Virus record (IMG/VR): IMGVR_UViG_3300028840_004790
Strand: one strand, 5' to 3'
DNA from: a virus
DNA length: 47,121 nucleotides
Part shown: in pieces, positions 10,514 through 18,120 of the stretch
Layout: the number at the start of each line of letters is the position of its first letter
Numbering within the stretch: the first letter of the stretch is position 1
Notes under the pieces: model-generated
Seen by the model: only the letters and a program-made list of their open reading frames with translations
Databases searched by the model: none
What the model was told of the DNA's origin: nothing
Position numbers and translations under genes: made by a program

Positions 10514-10985
10514 GATCGCGGTTTACACCGGCGATGTAGGAGGTGGGTTACTGACCTGTATTAAACAGAAACCGGACGTGATCTACCTCAGCAGTGAGGG
10601 TGGGTGTTTGTACACTATGTGTGCCTGTATTGACGCCCTCCAGGAACATGACTGCTGCGTGATCGCCACCGGACAGTGCTTCTCGGCCGCGGTCCCGATC
10701 CTGGCCGTGGCCGCCAAGCGACTGGCCACACCCCGGACCAGGTTCATGGTCCACCCCTCCTCAGCAGAGATGACGGGCATTCACGGCAAAGGAGAGATCG
10801 ATGCCGAGCGAGATGAGCTCGATTGGCTTGAACAAGAATATCTGAATATTCTTTCCAAGTGCACCAACCACCGGAAGAATTGGTGGCGGAAGCGGATTGC
10901 GGCGACGACCTACTTCGGCTCAGAAGAGGCGCGTCGGCATGGGGTGATTGATCAAGTAGTATACCCTCACGTTCCCACCATGTAA
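10491..10985 (+). CDS. ClpP/S14-family serine protease-like protein
   Basis: 'IYLSSEGGCLYTMCACIDAL', 'GQCFSAAVPIL' (Ser position), 'RFMVHPS' (His position) and 'FGSEEARRHGVIDQVV' follow the ClpP layout InSPGG..G.AAS..miHQP..EA..yGliD. Confidence 0.7.
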   Translation: MSVTKRPKIAVYTGDVGGGLLTCIKQKPDVIYLSSEGGCLYTMCACIDALQEHDCCVIATGQCFSAAVPILAVAAKRLATPRTRFMVHPSSAEMTGIHGKGEIDAERDELDWLEQEYLNILSKCTNHRKNWWRKRIAATTYFGSEEARRHGVIDQVVYPHVPTM

Positions 10986-11039
10986 GTCTACACCATTCCT
11001 CCCAGATTAGTAAGCTCATTGCCTTCTACTTTACACAAA

Positions 11040-12059
11040 TCAGTTTGCGACTCGTCGACTTTCCACAGCCTCAATGGCCCGCCGGGTAAACTTGATAATC
11101 AGCTCGGCCTCCCGGATCCCCATGTCGGGCCGGCACGGGAGAGTCACGAGCGGCGCCGGCGGAAAATTCCACGCAGTCGGGACGCCCCATTTCGCCAACT
11201 CCGCACGAACTTCGGCCACATCCCGTACTTCCACTTGAAAGAGATACGGTACCAACGGCTGACACCGAAAAGGGACCTCCCAATTCTGTCCAGCACGCGC
11301 CAGCTTCTGCCACGAAAGCCGAATCCCAGCCATGTAACGATCCGACACCTCCAACGCCTCAAGATTGAGCGCGGCCGCCACGTCTGTGAGATGCGTTTCT
11401 CGGCCAGGTACGCTTGGTTCAGTGCCTCCAAGTCTTGTGGGGTTAAACGCTGGAGAAAGTCCAGAAGAACACCAAGATTCAATCTCCCGGGCGTGTTCTG
11501 GGTCTTTACAAACCACGACCCCGCCTTCAGCGCCCGGCACAGGTTTCGTTGGATAGCAAGAGAGGACCGCAAAGTCGGCGGCAGGATCAGGCAGCCAAGA
11601 GTGACACGCGTCGTGAATATACCATTTCGGATAAGGTAAGCGATTCGCCACAAAGTAGCGGGAAGACATATCTTCATCTTCAATTGCCAGCCTCCGTCCT
11701 CCAATATCAGTTTTGACCACAATATCAGGCCGAGACCGCCAGTCCCGGTCCCAGCCCGTACACATCCCAGCATGTGAGATCGCATGCCGAATCCCGACAA
11801 AGGTCGCGTGCGTACAATCAATTGTCGGATAGTCCTCCGGCTCCTCCCCCAGCGCGTCATGGTAGCAAATCATATCCAGCACCGCCTGGAACCCACTCGT
11901 AGCCCGGGCCGCGAGCGCGATCCGGTCGGGCCCCACCTTTAGCTTCTCTGCTACAGCCTCTCTGAACCTCTCGCACATGGGCCCCGCGGTCAACCACCGG
12001 GAGGCCAAGACTTTGTCGAGGTACTTTCCCGTAAGTCGCGGTGGTTTATACAATTCCAT
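11040..12059 (-). CDS. DegT/DnrJ/EryC1/StrS-family PLP-dependent sugar aminotransferase
   Basis: N-terminal 'WLTAGPMCERFREAVAEKL' and 'SCYPTKPVPGAEGGVVV' (PLP-lysine plus GEGG-type motif); 339 aa. Confidence 0.8.
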   Translation of the reverse strand: MELYKPPRLTGKYLDKVLASRWLTAGPMCERFREAVAEKLKVGPDRIALAARATSGFQAVLDMICYHDALGEEPEDYPTIDCTHATFVGIRHAISHAGMCTGWDRDWRSRPDIVVKTDIGGRRLAIEDEDMSSRYFVANRLPYPKWYIHDACHSWLPDPAADFAVLSCYPTKPVPGAEGGVVVCKDPEHAREIESWCSSGLSPAFNPTRLGGTEPSVPGRETHLTDVAAALNLEALEVSDRYMAGIRLSWQKLARAGQNWEVPFRCQPLVPYLFQVEVRDVAEVRAELAKWGVPTAWNFPPAPLVTLPCRPDMGIREAELIIKFTRRAIEAVESRRVAN

Positions 12060-12282
12060 TACATCCTGCCTTTTTCATTCGACGCTGGAACCCTCGCTTA
12101 TGAAGGAGAGTCCGGTTAGTTTTGATAAACTCCACCGCGTGGAGGGCTTGTGCAATGTCCCAGTACGAGTAACGACCGTATCCTGGAACAATCAGATCCT
12201 CTTGTGCCATAAACCCCGTCCAGGTGGCCCTCACCTCGGCGGGATCCGGCTGGGTAAATATAATTGTTTTAGAGCGTTCCAT
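12046..12282 (-). CDS. Hypothetical small protein between the SDR and aminotransferase genes
   Basis: ORF 12046-12300; internal ATG 12282 (MERSKTIIF...) gives a short overlap with the SDR stop. Confidence 0.5.
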   Translation of the reverse strand: MERSKTIIFTQPDPAEVRATWTGFMAQEDLIVPGYGRYSYWDIAQALHAVEFIKTNRTLLHKRGFQRRMKKAGCNGIV

Positions 12283-13180
12283 CCTCATTCTTTTCCACAA
12301 ATCCGTACAGGGCCTTGAACTGATCGGCGCCGTCGTACACTCCGACCGAATGGATCAGGGTACTGAGCTCCAGGTTAATCTCCATCGGCTCGAACTCGCC
12401 CCACCCGTAGTCCCGGTTGTCAAGGTCCGGCGCGTTGTCGGGGACCACGATCTCAACAGGACTGTCTGGCTTCTTCATGGCGACCTTGAGCTGGACGAGC
12501 TGGGCAAACTCCTGAAGTGTGCCACATGTGTCGTAGTGGTTCGAAATGGTGCCGCGGGGGCCCTCCGAGAAAATGTCCCGCTCCAGGGCGTGGACGGCCT
12601 TACGCAGAGCCAGGACTGGTCGCCTTTTAGTTGGATGCGTAACGGTAATCTTTCCTTTGGTGACCGCGTCGATGGACATCCGATTGAGCAGGAGGTGTGC
12701 GCGAAAAGACTCTGCGTCGCCGGGATTCGGGACGCCGAACACTGTCCCGAACCGAAGAAGGGATCCACGGGCACCAAAGTCCCCGGCCGCGACAAGAGCT
12801 TGCTCGAGATATCGTTTAGACTCTGGGTATGCACCTTCAGCGAAGACGGAGAGTGACGAGACAGCGGTGTAAGGACAGCCTGTCCCGGAGAGAGCCACGG
12901 CGACCCTTCGAGCATTATTCCGAATAGCGATGGTGGTATTGATGCGCCCGGACGGGTCGTGTGCGTAGGCGCCGAGCCAGACGATATGGTCCGGGACGAT
13001 TTTGTCAATATACCGGACGACGTCTTTGGTTTTGAAAATTTTCTGGACTGCGGGTGTAGCAGGCGGCTGACCGTAAACACAAGGATCAACACGGAACAGC
13101 TCAATATCATCCCGGAAAGTAAACCGGCGGCATAAGGCGCGTCCAATGTAGCCCTCACTTCCCACTATCAGTAGTTTCAT
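12269..13180 (-). CDS. NAD-dependent epimerase/dehydratase (extended SDR) acting on nucleotide sugars
   Basis: Rossmann motif 'KLLIVGSEGYIGRAL' (GxxGxxG) and catalytic 'YPESK' (YxxxK); 303 aa. Confidence 0.8.
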   Translation of the reverse strand: MKLLIVGSEGYIGRALCRRFTFRDDIELFRVDPCVYGQPPATPAVQKIFKTKDVVRYIDKIVPDHIVWLGAYAHDPSGRINTTIAIRNNARRVAVALSGTGCPYTAVSSLSVFAEGAYPESKRYLEQALVAAGDFGARGSLLRFGTVFGVPNPGDAESFRAHLLLNRMSIDAVTKGKITVTHPTKRRPVLALRKAVHALERDIFSEGPRGTISNHYDTCGTLQEFAQLVQLKVAMKKPDSPVEIVVPDNAPDLDNRDYGWGEFEPMEINLELSTLIHSVGVYDGADQFKALYGFVEKNEDGTL

Positions 13181-13589
13181 TTTTCAATTCTCCACAGTAG
13201 CACTGCGCCGGCTTGTCCATCCCTAAATAGTCATGTTTCACTGTCGTTCCGCATATATGACAGTAATTTGAGGGAACCATCCCGTTAAAGTTAGGCCGGT
13301 CGTCCAGGTCCGGCCGGTTGTGAAACATCCGGTTCAGCATCATGAGACAGCACCCGGCGTGCCACAGGTGGGGCTTGCCACTCTCCGGGTCCATGTCCTC
13401 CCCATCCCAAAACGCCCACATGTGCCGCATGAGGGCCCCGAACAACCGGCTCGCCTCGATCCCCTCCATCCAATTGTACTTGGCGTACTTCTTGGCGCCG
13501 AAGGTCATGATCTCGCCAACTCCCATCAAGAAGGCCGGGTCCAGGAGCTCGAGCTGGATCTTATCTTGATCGTTCTTCTGACCGCTCAT
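13155..13589 (-). CDS. DUF5664-like (dATP/dGTP diphosphohydrolase N-terminal-like) domain protein with C-terminal Cys-rich tail
   Basis: 'NDQDKIQLELLDPAFLMGVGEIMTFGAKKYAKYNWMEG...ALMRHMWAFWDGEDMDPESGKPHLWHAGCCLMML' matches the D.gK..LLp..l..va.vl.fGa.KY...NW..G....A..RH......D.eSG..H family pattern as I remember it; tail 'YCHICG...CYCG'. Confidence 0.6.
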   Translation of the reverse strand: MSGQKNDQDKIQLELLDPAFLMGVGEIMTFGAKKYAKYNWMEGIEASRLFGALMRHMWAFWDGEDMDPESGKPHLWHAGCCLMMLNRMFHNRPDLDDRPNFNGMVPSNYCHICGTTVKHDYLGMDKPAQCYCGELKNETTDSGK

Positions 13590-13990
13590 CTATACTCCAA
13601 CTTCTCATAAAAATCTGGGTCGAACACCATACCAATAGCAGTCCGGAGACGGTTCCCGATCGTGCACTTGGTCCACTCCGACATCTGAGCGGGTCCGGGC
13701 TTCCATACCCGGAATGGGAGCTTGAAATGGCGCCGGGCCCACTCTAATTCTGCACACACCCCGTACGACAGGTAAGCGGTAGGAGTCCACACCGCCACCA
13801 GCCCGTCACAGCTGCCCATTTCCAAAAAGTCAATTTCCTGCTCCGCTAGAAGCGAGTGCTCCCCGACCTTGAGCGCCGGATCAAAATAATGAAATCCGCG
13901 CTCGGCCAGCTCATGGCGCATCTGCTGAACTATGGCTTTCTCGGACGGCCGGGCTCTGGTCATCGGAAATGATAGGTATATTTTGTACAT
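13586..13990 (-). CDS. Nucleoside 2-deoxyribosyltransferase-like / nucleotide N-glycosidase-like protein
   Basis: 'KIYLSFPM' (compare YLAGP.F) and 'DGLVAVWTPTAYLSYGVCAELEWA' (compare D.vva.ld....D.Gt.fElG.A). Confidence 0.5.
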   Translation of the reverse strand: MYKIYLSFPMTRARPSEKAIVQQMRHELAERGFHYFDPALKVGEHSLLAEQEIDFLEMGSCDGLVAVWTPTAYLSYGVCAELEWARRHFKLPFRVWKPGPAQMSEWTKCTIGNRLRTAIGMVFDPDFYEKLEYR

Positions 13991-14019
13991 GAGGGCAATT
14001 TACTCGCACAGTAAATAGC

Positions 14020-14050
14020 CCAGGCCGGGAAAGGAGCAGGCCCGGCCTGG
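14020..14050 (-). terminator. GC-rich hairpin between two minus-strand genes (terminator/attenuator candidate)
   Basis: CCAGGCCGGG (14020-14029) and CCCGGCCTGG (14041-14050) are perfect 10-bp complements with an 11-nt loop; only a weak T-tract (GCTATTTACTG) follows on the minus strand. Confidence 0.5.
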
Positions 14051-14062
14051 ACAGTGGGGCTT

Positions 14063-14389
14063 CTACTTCACGGGGCGGACACCGAGCCCGCCGACCACCT
14101 GGCCCCCGAACCGGACGGTCGGGTCGAAAAACGCCTCGAACTGCTTCCCGACCCAGTCGTCGGTGTTCTGCGACTGGAAGATCGAGGCCAGCACGCTGGC
14201 GTTCGTCTTGTTGAGGGGGAACCCCCGTTCCTCTTCCTCAAGGTGCAGGATGATCTTCCGATCTACCCCGCCCTTCTTCTTGTTCTCGAACTCCTGGATC
14301 TCGGAGCCCGTGATCGTGTAGACCTTGGGGGACTCCTGAAGGTCTTCCTTCTTGATCAGGGAACTGTAGGTATCGTTGATGTTCGGCAT
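14063..14389 (-). CDS. Hypothetical protein (108 aa)
   Basis: ATG preceded by GGAGG RBS; coherent sequence MPNINDTYSSLIKKEDL... Confidence 0.7.
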   Translation of the reverse strand: MPNINDTYSSLIKKEDLQESPKVYTITGSEIQEFENKKKGGVDRKIILHLEEEERGFPLNKTNASVLASIFQSQNTDDWVGKQFEAFFDPTVRFGGQVVGGLGVRPVK

Positions 14390-14666
14390 CTGGGCCTCCT
14401 TCTGAACTGGTTTGTTCGACTATGCGTTTTGCAAAGCCGACGGAACTGTTGATAAGCTGCCAGGCGACAGGCTCTGGTAGATTCCTTAACAGGTAGATCA
14501 TCATGTTCTGTAACATGAGGACCAGGACGGTTTTGAAACGCTCGGCCTTCTCCGGGCTTATATTCTCGGCGCCGTCCTGCACGCCTTCGACTTCGGCAAC
14601 GTACTTGACCGCCTCAGCAACCGCCACTGCGGCGAGGGTGTTGAGCTCTGGGAGACAGTCTTTCAT
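14238..14666 (-). CDS. Hypothetical protein; the 3' 152 nt run out of frame through the next gene
   Basis: The N-terminal ~90 aa look protein-like (MKDCLPELNTLAAVAVAEAVKYVAEVEG...). There is no stop codon until 14238, well inside 14063-14389. Confidence 0.5.
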   Translation of the reverse strand: MKDCLPELNTLAAVAVAEAVKYVAEVEGVQDGAENISPEKAERFKTVLVLMLQNMMIYLLRNLPEPVAWQLINSSVGFAKRIVEQTSSEGGPDAEHQRYLQFPDQEGRPSGVPQGLHDHGLRDPGVREQEEGRGRSEDHPAP

Positions 14667-14734
14667 CTGTCCCCCAACAACATCGAGGCGATGAATAAAA
14701 CAGCAATGACTAAGAAAACCTCATCACTCATCAT
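14663..14734 (-). CDS. Micro-ORF, 23-aa hydrophobic peptide MMSDEVFLVIAVLFIASMLLGDR
   Basis: Fills the nuclease/next-gene gap exactly; both its start and its stop sit in ATGA overlaps (translational-coupling geometry). Confidence 0.35.
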   Translation of the reverse strand: MMSDEVFLVIAVLFIASMLLGDR

Positions 14735-15432
14735 CCTTCACCTCCCGGGCACCGCTTCCAGTACGGGCACCACCGCGGGGAACAGAGCCCGTGGTTTACA
14801 CTGGCGAGACGGTAAGCTGCCTCGTCGGTCCCCCGAGAGTCCATGGCCGCAAACTGGGCGTCGAGCCACCGCTTCCACCGCTTCAGGTAATAGTCCGGGT
14901 AGTGTGTCACGAATGTCCGGATCGGCCACACAGGGTTGTCCGGGATCTCGACGTAAGCAGCACTGTGAGCGCCCGTCTCGATCGCATACAAGGCCAGCTG
15001 GATCGACTCGTCGGCTTTCTTCTGGGACCATTTCGGCTTCTTAAACACTATCTTCCAGTCGACAACACACCGCCCAGGACGGTTCGACACGATCTCGTTC
15101 AGCTCGTTGGTGACCGGGGTAACCTTGGAAATGAGATCAATCTTGCCGCAATAGTACTTCTTGGCCCATTCCTCAATAGCCTCGGGATCGAGCCACGGGA
15201 AGACTTTCTCTTTAAGCCGTTCAATATTTGCTTCGAGGTTGGGTATGGCCTGGAGTGGAGGGCATATTTTCTTACCCAGTACGGTAGCAAGGGCGTCGTG
15301 GTAGATGTTGCCTTTCTCGAGGTACTCACTGGACGGCTCGGGGAGCTTGAGCACTCTCTTGTAATAGAACTGTCGCTCGCAGACGTCGAGGAACTGTTGG
15401 AGAGCTGTGGGGCTGTGTCTAACGGCGCCCAT
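14731..15432 (-). CDS. PD-(D/E)XK nuclease, Cas4/RecB-like exonuclease with Fe-S cysteines
   Basis: N-terminal Cys in 'LDVCERQFYY'; 'VVDWKIVFKK' (D..K core); 'QLALYA' (QxxxY); C-terminal 'CSPRWCPYWKRC' (CX3CX5C-type cluster). Confidence 0.8.
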   Translation of the reverse strand: MGAVRHSPTALQQFLDVCERQFYYKRVLKLPEPSSEYLEKGNIYHDALATVLGKKICPPLQAIPNLEANIERLKEKVFPWLDPEAIEEWAKKYYCGKIDLISKVTPVTNELNEIVSNRPGRCVVDWKIVFKKPKWSQKKADESIQLALYAIETGAHSAAYVEIPDNPVWPIRTFVTHYPDYYLKRWKRWLDAQFAAMDSRGTDEAAYRLASVNHGLCSPRWCPYWKRCPGGEG

Positions 15433-15659
15433 AGGTCACTTCGAAGTCCTTTTTCGGCGCGGAGACGCTTTGTTTCCAGCGCCCGGAAGTACATCTGAAG
15501 CTGGAATTGCTTTTCCATATACCGAATCGGGGCGTCGGACTTGTACTTGATCGCGTTGCTGATCACCACGAACGGGCCGGTCACCAGAATCACCGCCACG
15601 GACAGTGCTGCCACGATCACCAAGCAAAGCAAAAAGGTCTCGAAGATCCTTTTGAACAT
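15099..15659 (-). CDS. Small membrane protein; only the first ~75 codons look coding, and the ORF then runs on through the nuclease gene
   Basis: GGAGGT RBS 9 nt upstream of the ATG; TM helix 'FLLCLVIVAALSVAVILVTGPFVVI'; third-position GC is high to ~15440, then the sequence becomes S/T/P/R-rich. Confidence 0.45.
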   Translation of the reverse strand: MFKRIFETFLLCLVIVAALSVAVILVTGPFVVISNAIKYKSDAPIRYMEKQFQLQMYFRALETKRLRAEKGLRSDLWAPLDTAPQLSNSSSTSASDSSITRECSSSPSRPVSTSRKATSTTTPLLPYWVRKYALHSRPYPTSKQILNGLKRKSSRGSIPRLLRNGPRSTIAARLISFPRLPRSPTS

Positions 15660-15768
15660 CGAGGAGTACCTCCAGGTTCAGCGCCAGAAGGGTTGCGATC
15701 TGCTTCTCGATCGGCGAAGCACCAGGCGCGTTGGTGAGGCCGATCAACTCAGGACTGACGTTCTTCAT
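15436..15768 (-). CDS. Short, possibly leaderless ORF; coding character only for ~36 codons before the next start
   Basis: ATG 15768 lies 5 nt downstream of a TATACT -10 box; MKNVSPELIGLTNAPGASPIEKQIATLLALNLEVLL, then an R/G/D-rich tail with low third-position GC. Confidence 0.35.
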   Translation of the reverse strand: MKNVSPELIGLTNAPGASPIEKQIATLLALNLEVLLDVQKDLRDLFALLGDRGSTVRGGDSGDRPVRGDQQRDQVQVRRPDSVYGKAIPASDVLPGAGNKASPRRKRTSK

Positions 15769-15773
15769 ACTAC

Positions 15774-15802
15774 AGTATACCACCCTTTCTATATAATGTC
15801 AA
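15774..15802 (-). promoter_or_regulatory. Sigma70-type promoter TTGACA-17-TATACT
   Basis: The minus strand reads TTGACAttatatagaaagggtggTATACTgtagtATG; perfect -35, 17-nt spacer and near-consensus -10, directly after the polymerase stop. Confidence 0.65.
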
Positions 15803-17936
15803 GCGGTTTCCCGTCCAGGTCCGTCGCCTTCCCCCAACAGTCGAGCGGGCCCTCGATCTCGACGCCCGCGTGGGGGCCGAGTTCGGGGCAGACGTCGGAG
15901 AATGCGGTAAGCATACACTTGGCCAGAACTTGTTTGGTCCCTTCATAATAGCCTGGATCGTTATAGGTCTCCACTACAATCTCGTCGTGAACGACCAGGA
16001 CAGTCCGCAGCCCGGCCTTTTGGCACCGCCACAGCGCCTCCTTCAGCACCGCCGCAGCGAGCCCCTGGAAGCCGGTGTTGGCCACCTCAGTGAACCGGGC
16101 CTTCGAGCGCCGCAACCCGGTCGGGAGCTCGATCGACGGGAGCCGCTCGGCCGCGATCCCGACCGCCGCCACGTCCGGGTCGGGGTGATTCACCATGGCC
16201 CGGAGGACGTTCCAGTCGGTGATCCCGAGCTGCTGGGCCCACTCTCGCTTGCCCTTCCCGGACACCTGCCGAAGCGCGTAGTCCATGCCCTTCCGGAAGA
16301 AGTTCAGGTACGCCTGGATGTCCCAAAACTTGTCAAGAAACGCCGCACGCTTCTTTTTAGCTTCCTCCACCGTCCACGAGACACCATAGGTTGTATGAGC
16401 GTAATCTGCCAGTTTAGTCGGGCCGAGTCCGCCAGGCACGCCGAAATGTAGGACTTTTTGTCCCTGGCGCTCCTCCCCAGTAACATCTTCTGGTTGCTTG
16501 CCAAGCACGAGCGCAGCGCCTTCGCGGTGGATGTCGGCGTCGGTTTTCGTGAGGATGTCGTAGAGCGGGCCTCGGACATCACGATGAGCGAGGACTTCAG
16601 CCAGAGTGTACATTTCCATGGCTGAGTAATCTGCCCGAATAAACCGCTTACCAGGCCTCGGTACAAATAACGCACGGATACCAGCTCGTCTTTTAGGGAT
16701 GTTCTGGAGATTAGGGCGCCCGGCAGCCATTCGTCCACTCCGCGCACCAATAGTAAACCAGCGTGGAAAGACTTCATCACAACGACTGTACAGATCGAGA
16801 TAGGTGTTGATGACTTTTTGCAACTTTCCATATTTCAACCACTCCTGTAGGCGCTCCTCGGACTTCGGGAGCTTTTCGTGCCAGTAATCGTACTCTAAAG
16901 CGAGGGAGCCGTCCTTCCGCGTAGGGGTGTCTGTGTCGGCGAAGGGGGCGAGCAGGGCTTGGATGGCTTTCGTTTTGGTGTGGAAGGACGGCTCCGCTTT
17001 TTCCACAAACTTTCCTTTACGGGTCACCTTAAACCGCTGAAGCATATTGTCCTGATAAGTCCACGTTGTAGACTTCCGATCCAGTGACAGGGCAGGGCTT
17101 CGCGTTGTAGTATTTGGCTTGGCCTTCCACTGCCCCAGCCCGATCTCCACCATCCTGTGTTGGAGAGGGAGCATCTCCTTTTTGAACTCGTCAAGGAGCT
17201 TGCCAGCGAGGGGCCGGTTCACGGCAACCCCCCGCTTGTCCATCTCGTGGATCGCCAGGGCCGCCTTCACCTGGAGGTTCTCAGACAGGAGGTGTTTGGC
17301 ACCGAGCTCCTCGTAGAGCTCCATGAGCTTGACGAAGATGTCATAGGTGGCCTCCGCGTCCTGCTTGGCGTAGTCAATGAACTCCCGCGGGAGGGCCGCG
17401 ATCGGTTGGCCCAGGAACTGGCCGTACCCCAACCGGATATGTGGGTTCTTATCCAACTCCCGCCCGAGGTACCGTTGGGCCAGGGCGTCGAGGGAGCTCC
17501 CGGGCCGGGACCTGGAGTGCAGGGGGTAGGGCGCCCACTTCTTGGTGGTTGGGTTGTAGTGTGGCTCATCGAACTGGCCGGTGGCGATCCTGTACAGGAG
17601 GTCCAAGTACATGGTGTCGTGCAGGCGGCCCTCTTCGACGGCTCGCTCGACCAGGGACCAGTCCAGGCCGGCGGCCCGGAGGACGTCGAGGTCGAAGGCC
17701 AGGTTGTGAGCGACCAGGTGCATGTCCGGATTTGATAGGAGATCCTTGATCCAGCGCACGTACTCGTAGGTCGGCGCCACATCGGCACCTTTACCGTCCG
17801 CCACTGAACCAAGCACCAACTTCGGCGTCTCGTACGGCGACGTGTTCACCGCCCGCCCGGACTTCGAGGTGATCGAGGTCCGGTCAGGGATCAGGGTTGT
17901 CTCGGTGTCGAAGGCGACGACGTTACTAAAGTCCAT
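15789..17936 (-). CDS. Family A DNA polymerase with 3'-5' exonuclease domain
   Basis: Exo motifs 'AFDTETT', 'HNLAFDLDVL', 'YAKQDAEATYDIF'; pol motif A 'RADYSAMEMYTLA', motif B 'RQGQKVLHFGVPGGLG', motif C 'LVVHDEIVVE'. Confidence 0.95.
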   Translation of the reverse strand: MDFSNVVAFDTETTLIPDRTSITSKSGRAVNTSPYETPKLVLGSVADGKGADVAPTYEYVRWIKDLLSNPDMHLVAHNLAFDLDVLRAAGLDWSLVERAVEEGRLHDTMYLDLLYRIATGQFDEPHYNPTTKKWAPYPLHSRSRPGSSLDALAQRYLGRELDKNPHIRLGYGQFLGQPIAALPREFIDYAKQDAEATYDIFVKLMELYEELGAKHLLSENLQVKAALAIHEMDKRGVAVNRPLAGKLLDEFKKEMLPLQHRMVEIGLGQWKAKPNTTTRSPALSLDRKSTTWTYQDNMLQRFKVTRKGKFVEKAEPSFHTKTKAIQALLAPFADTDTPTRKDGSLALEYDYWHEKLPKSEERLQEWLKYGKLQKVINTYLDLYSRCDEVFPRWFTIGARSGRMAAGRPNLQNIPKRRAGIRALFVPRPGKRFIRADYSAMEMYTLAEVLAHRDVRGPLYDILTKTDADIHREGAALVLGKQPEDVTGEERQGQKVLHFGVPGGLGPTKLADYAHTTYGVSWTVEEAKKKRAAFLDKFWDIQAYLNFFRKGMDYALRQVSGKGKREWAQQLGITDWNVLRAMVNHPDPDVAAVGIAAERLPSIELPTGLRRSKARFTEVANTGFQGLAAAVLKEALWRCQKAGLRTVLVVHDEIVVETYNDPGYYEGTKQVLAKCMLTAFSDVCPELGPHAGVEIEGPLDCWGKATDLDGKPLDII

Positions 17937-18120
17937 TGTCTACGACCCTTTCGGTGCGGACGGTGATCTCATACGTCTTGTTAGGATCAGGTTTTTCTCC
18001 GCCCATGAGCTTCTGAAGTAGCCAGCCCGGCACCCGGCCCTCACGGCTTCCGTCTACCGTACACAACCAGCGAGAGCCCTTCGTTGCGTACTGCGTCCAT
18101 GCTGTAATTGTGACTTCCAT
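17926..18120 (-). CDS. Hypothetical protein (64 aa)
   Basis: ORF overlapping the polymerase start by 11 nt; non-repetitive sequence. Confidence 0.55.
   Translation of the reverse strand: MEVTITAWTQYATKGSRWLCTVDGSREGRVPGWLLQKLMGGEKPDPNKTYEITVRTERVVDNGL

Noticed and set aside
13155-13589. Z-genome (2-aminoadenine) pathway, because of the dATP/dGTP-diphosphohydrolase-like domain
   Set aside because: No PurZ/adenylosuccinate-synthetase-like ORF (no GDEGKG-type P-loop protein) and no HD-domain dATPase is visible anywhere in the complete genome.
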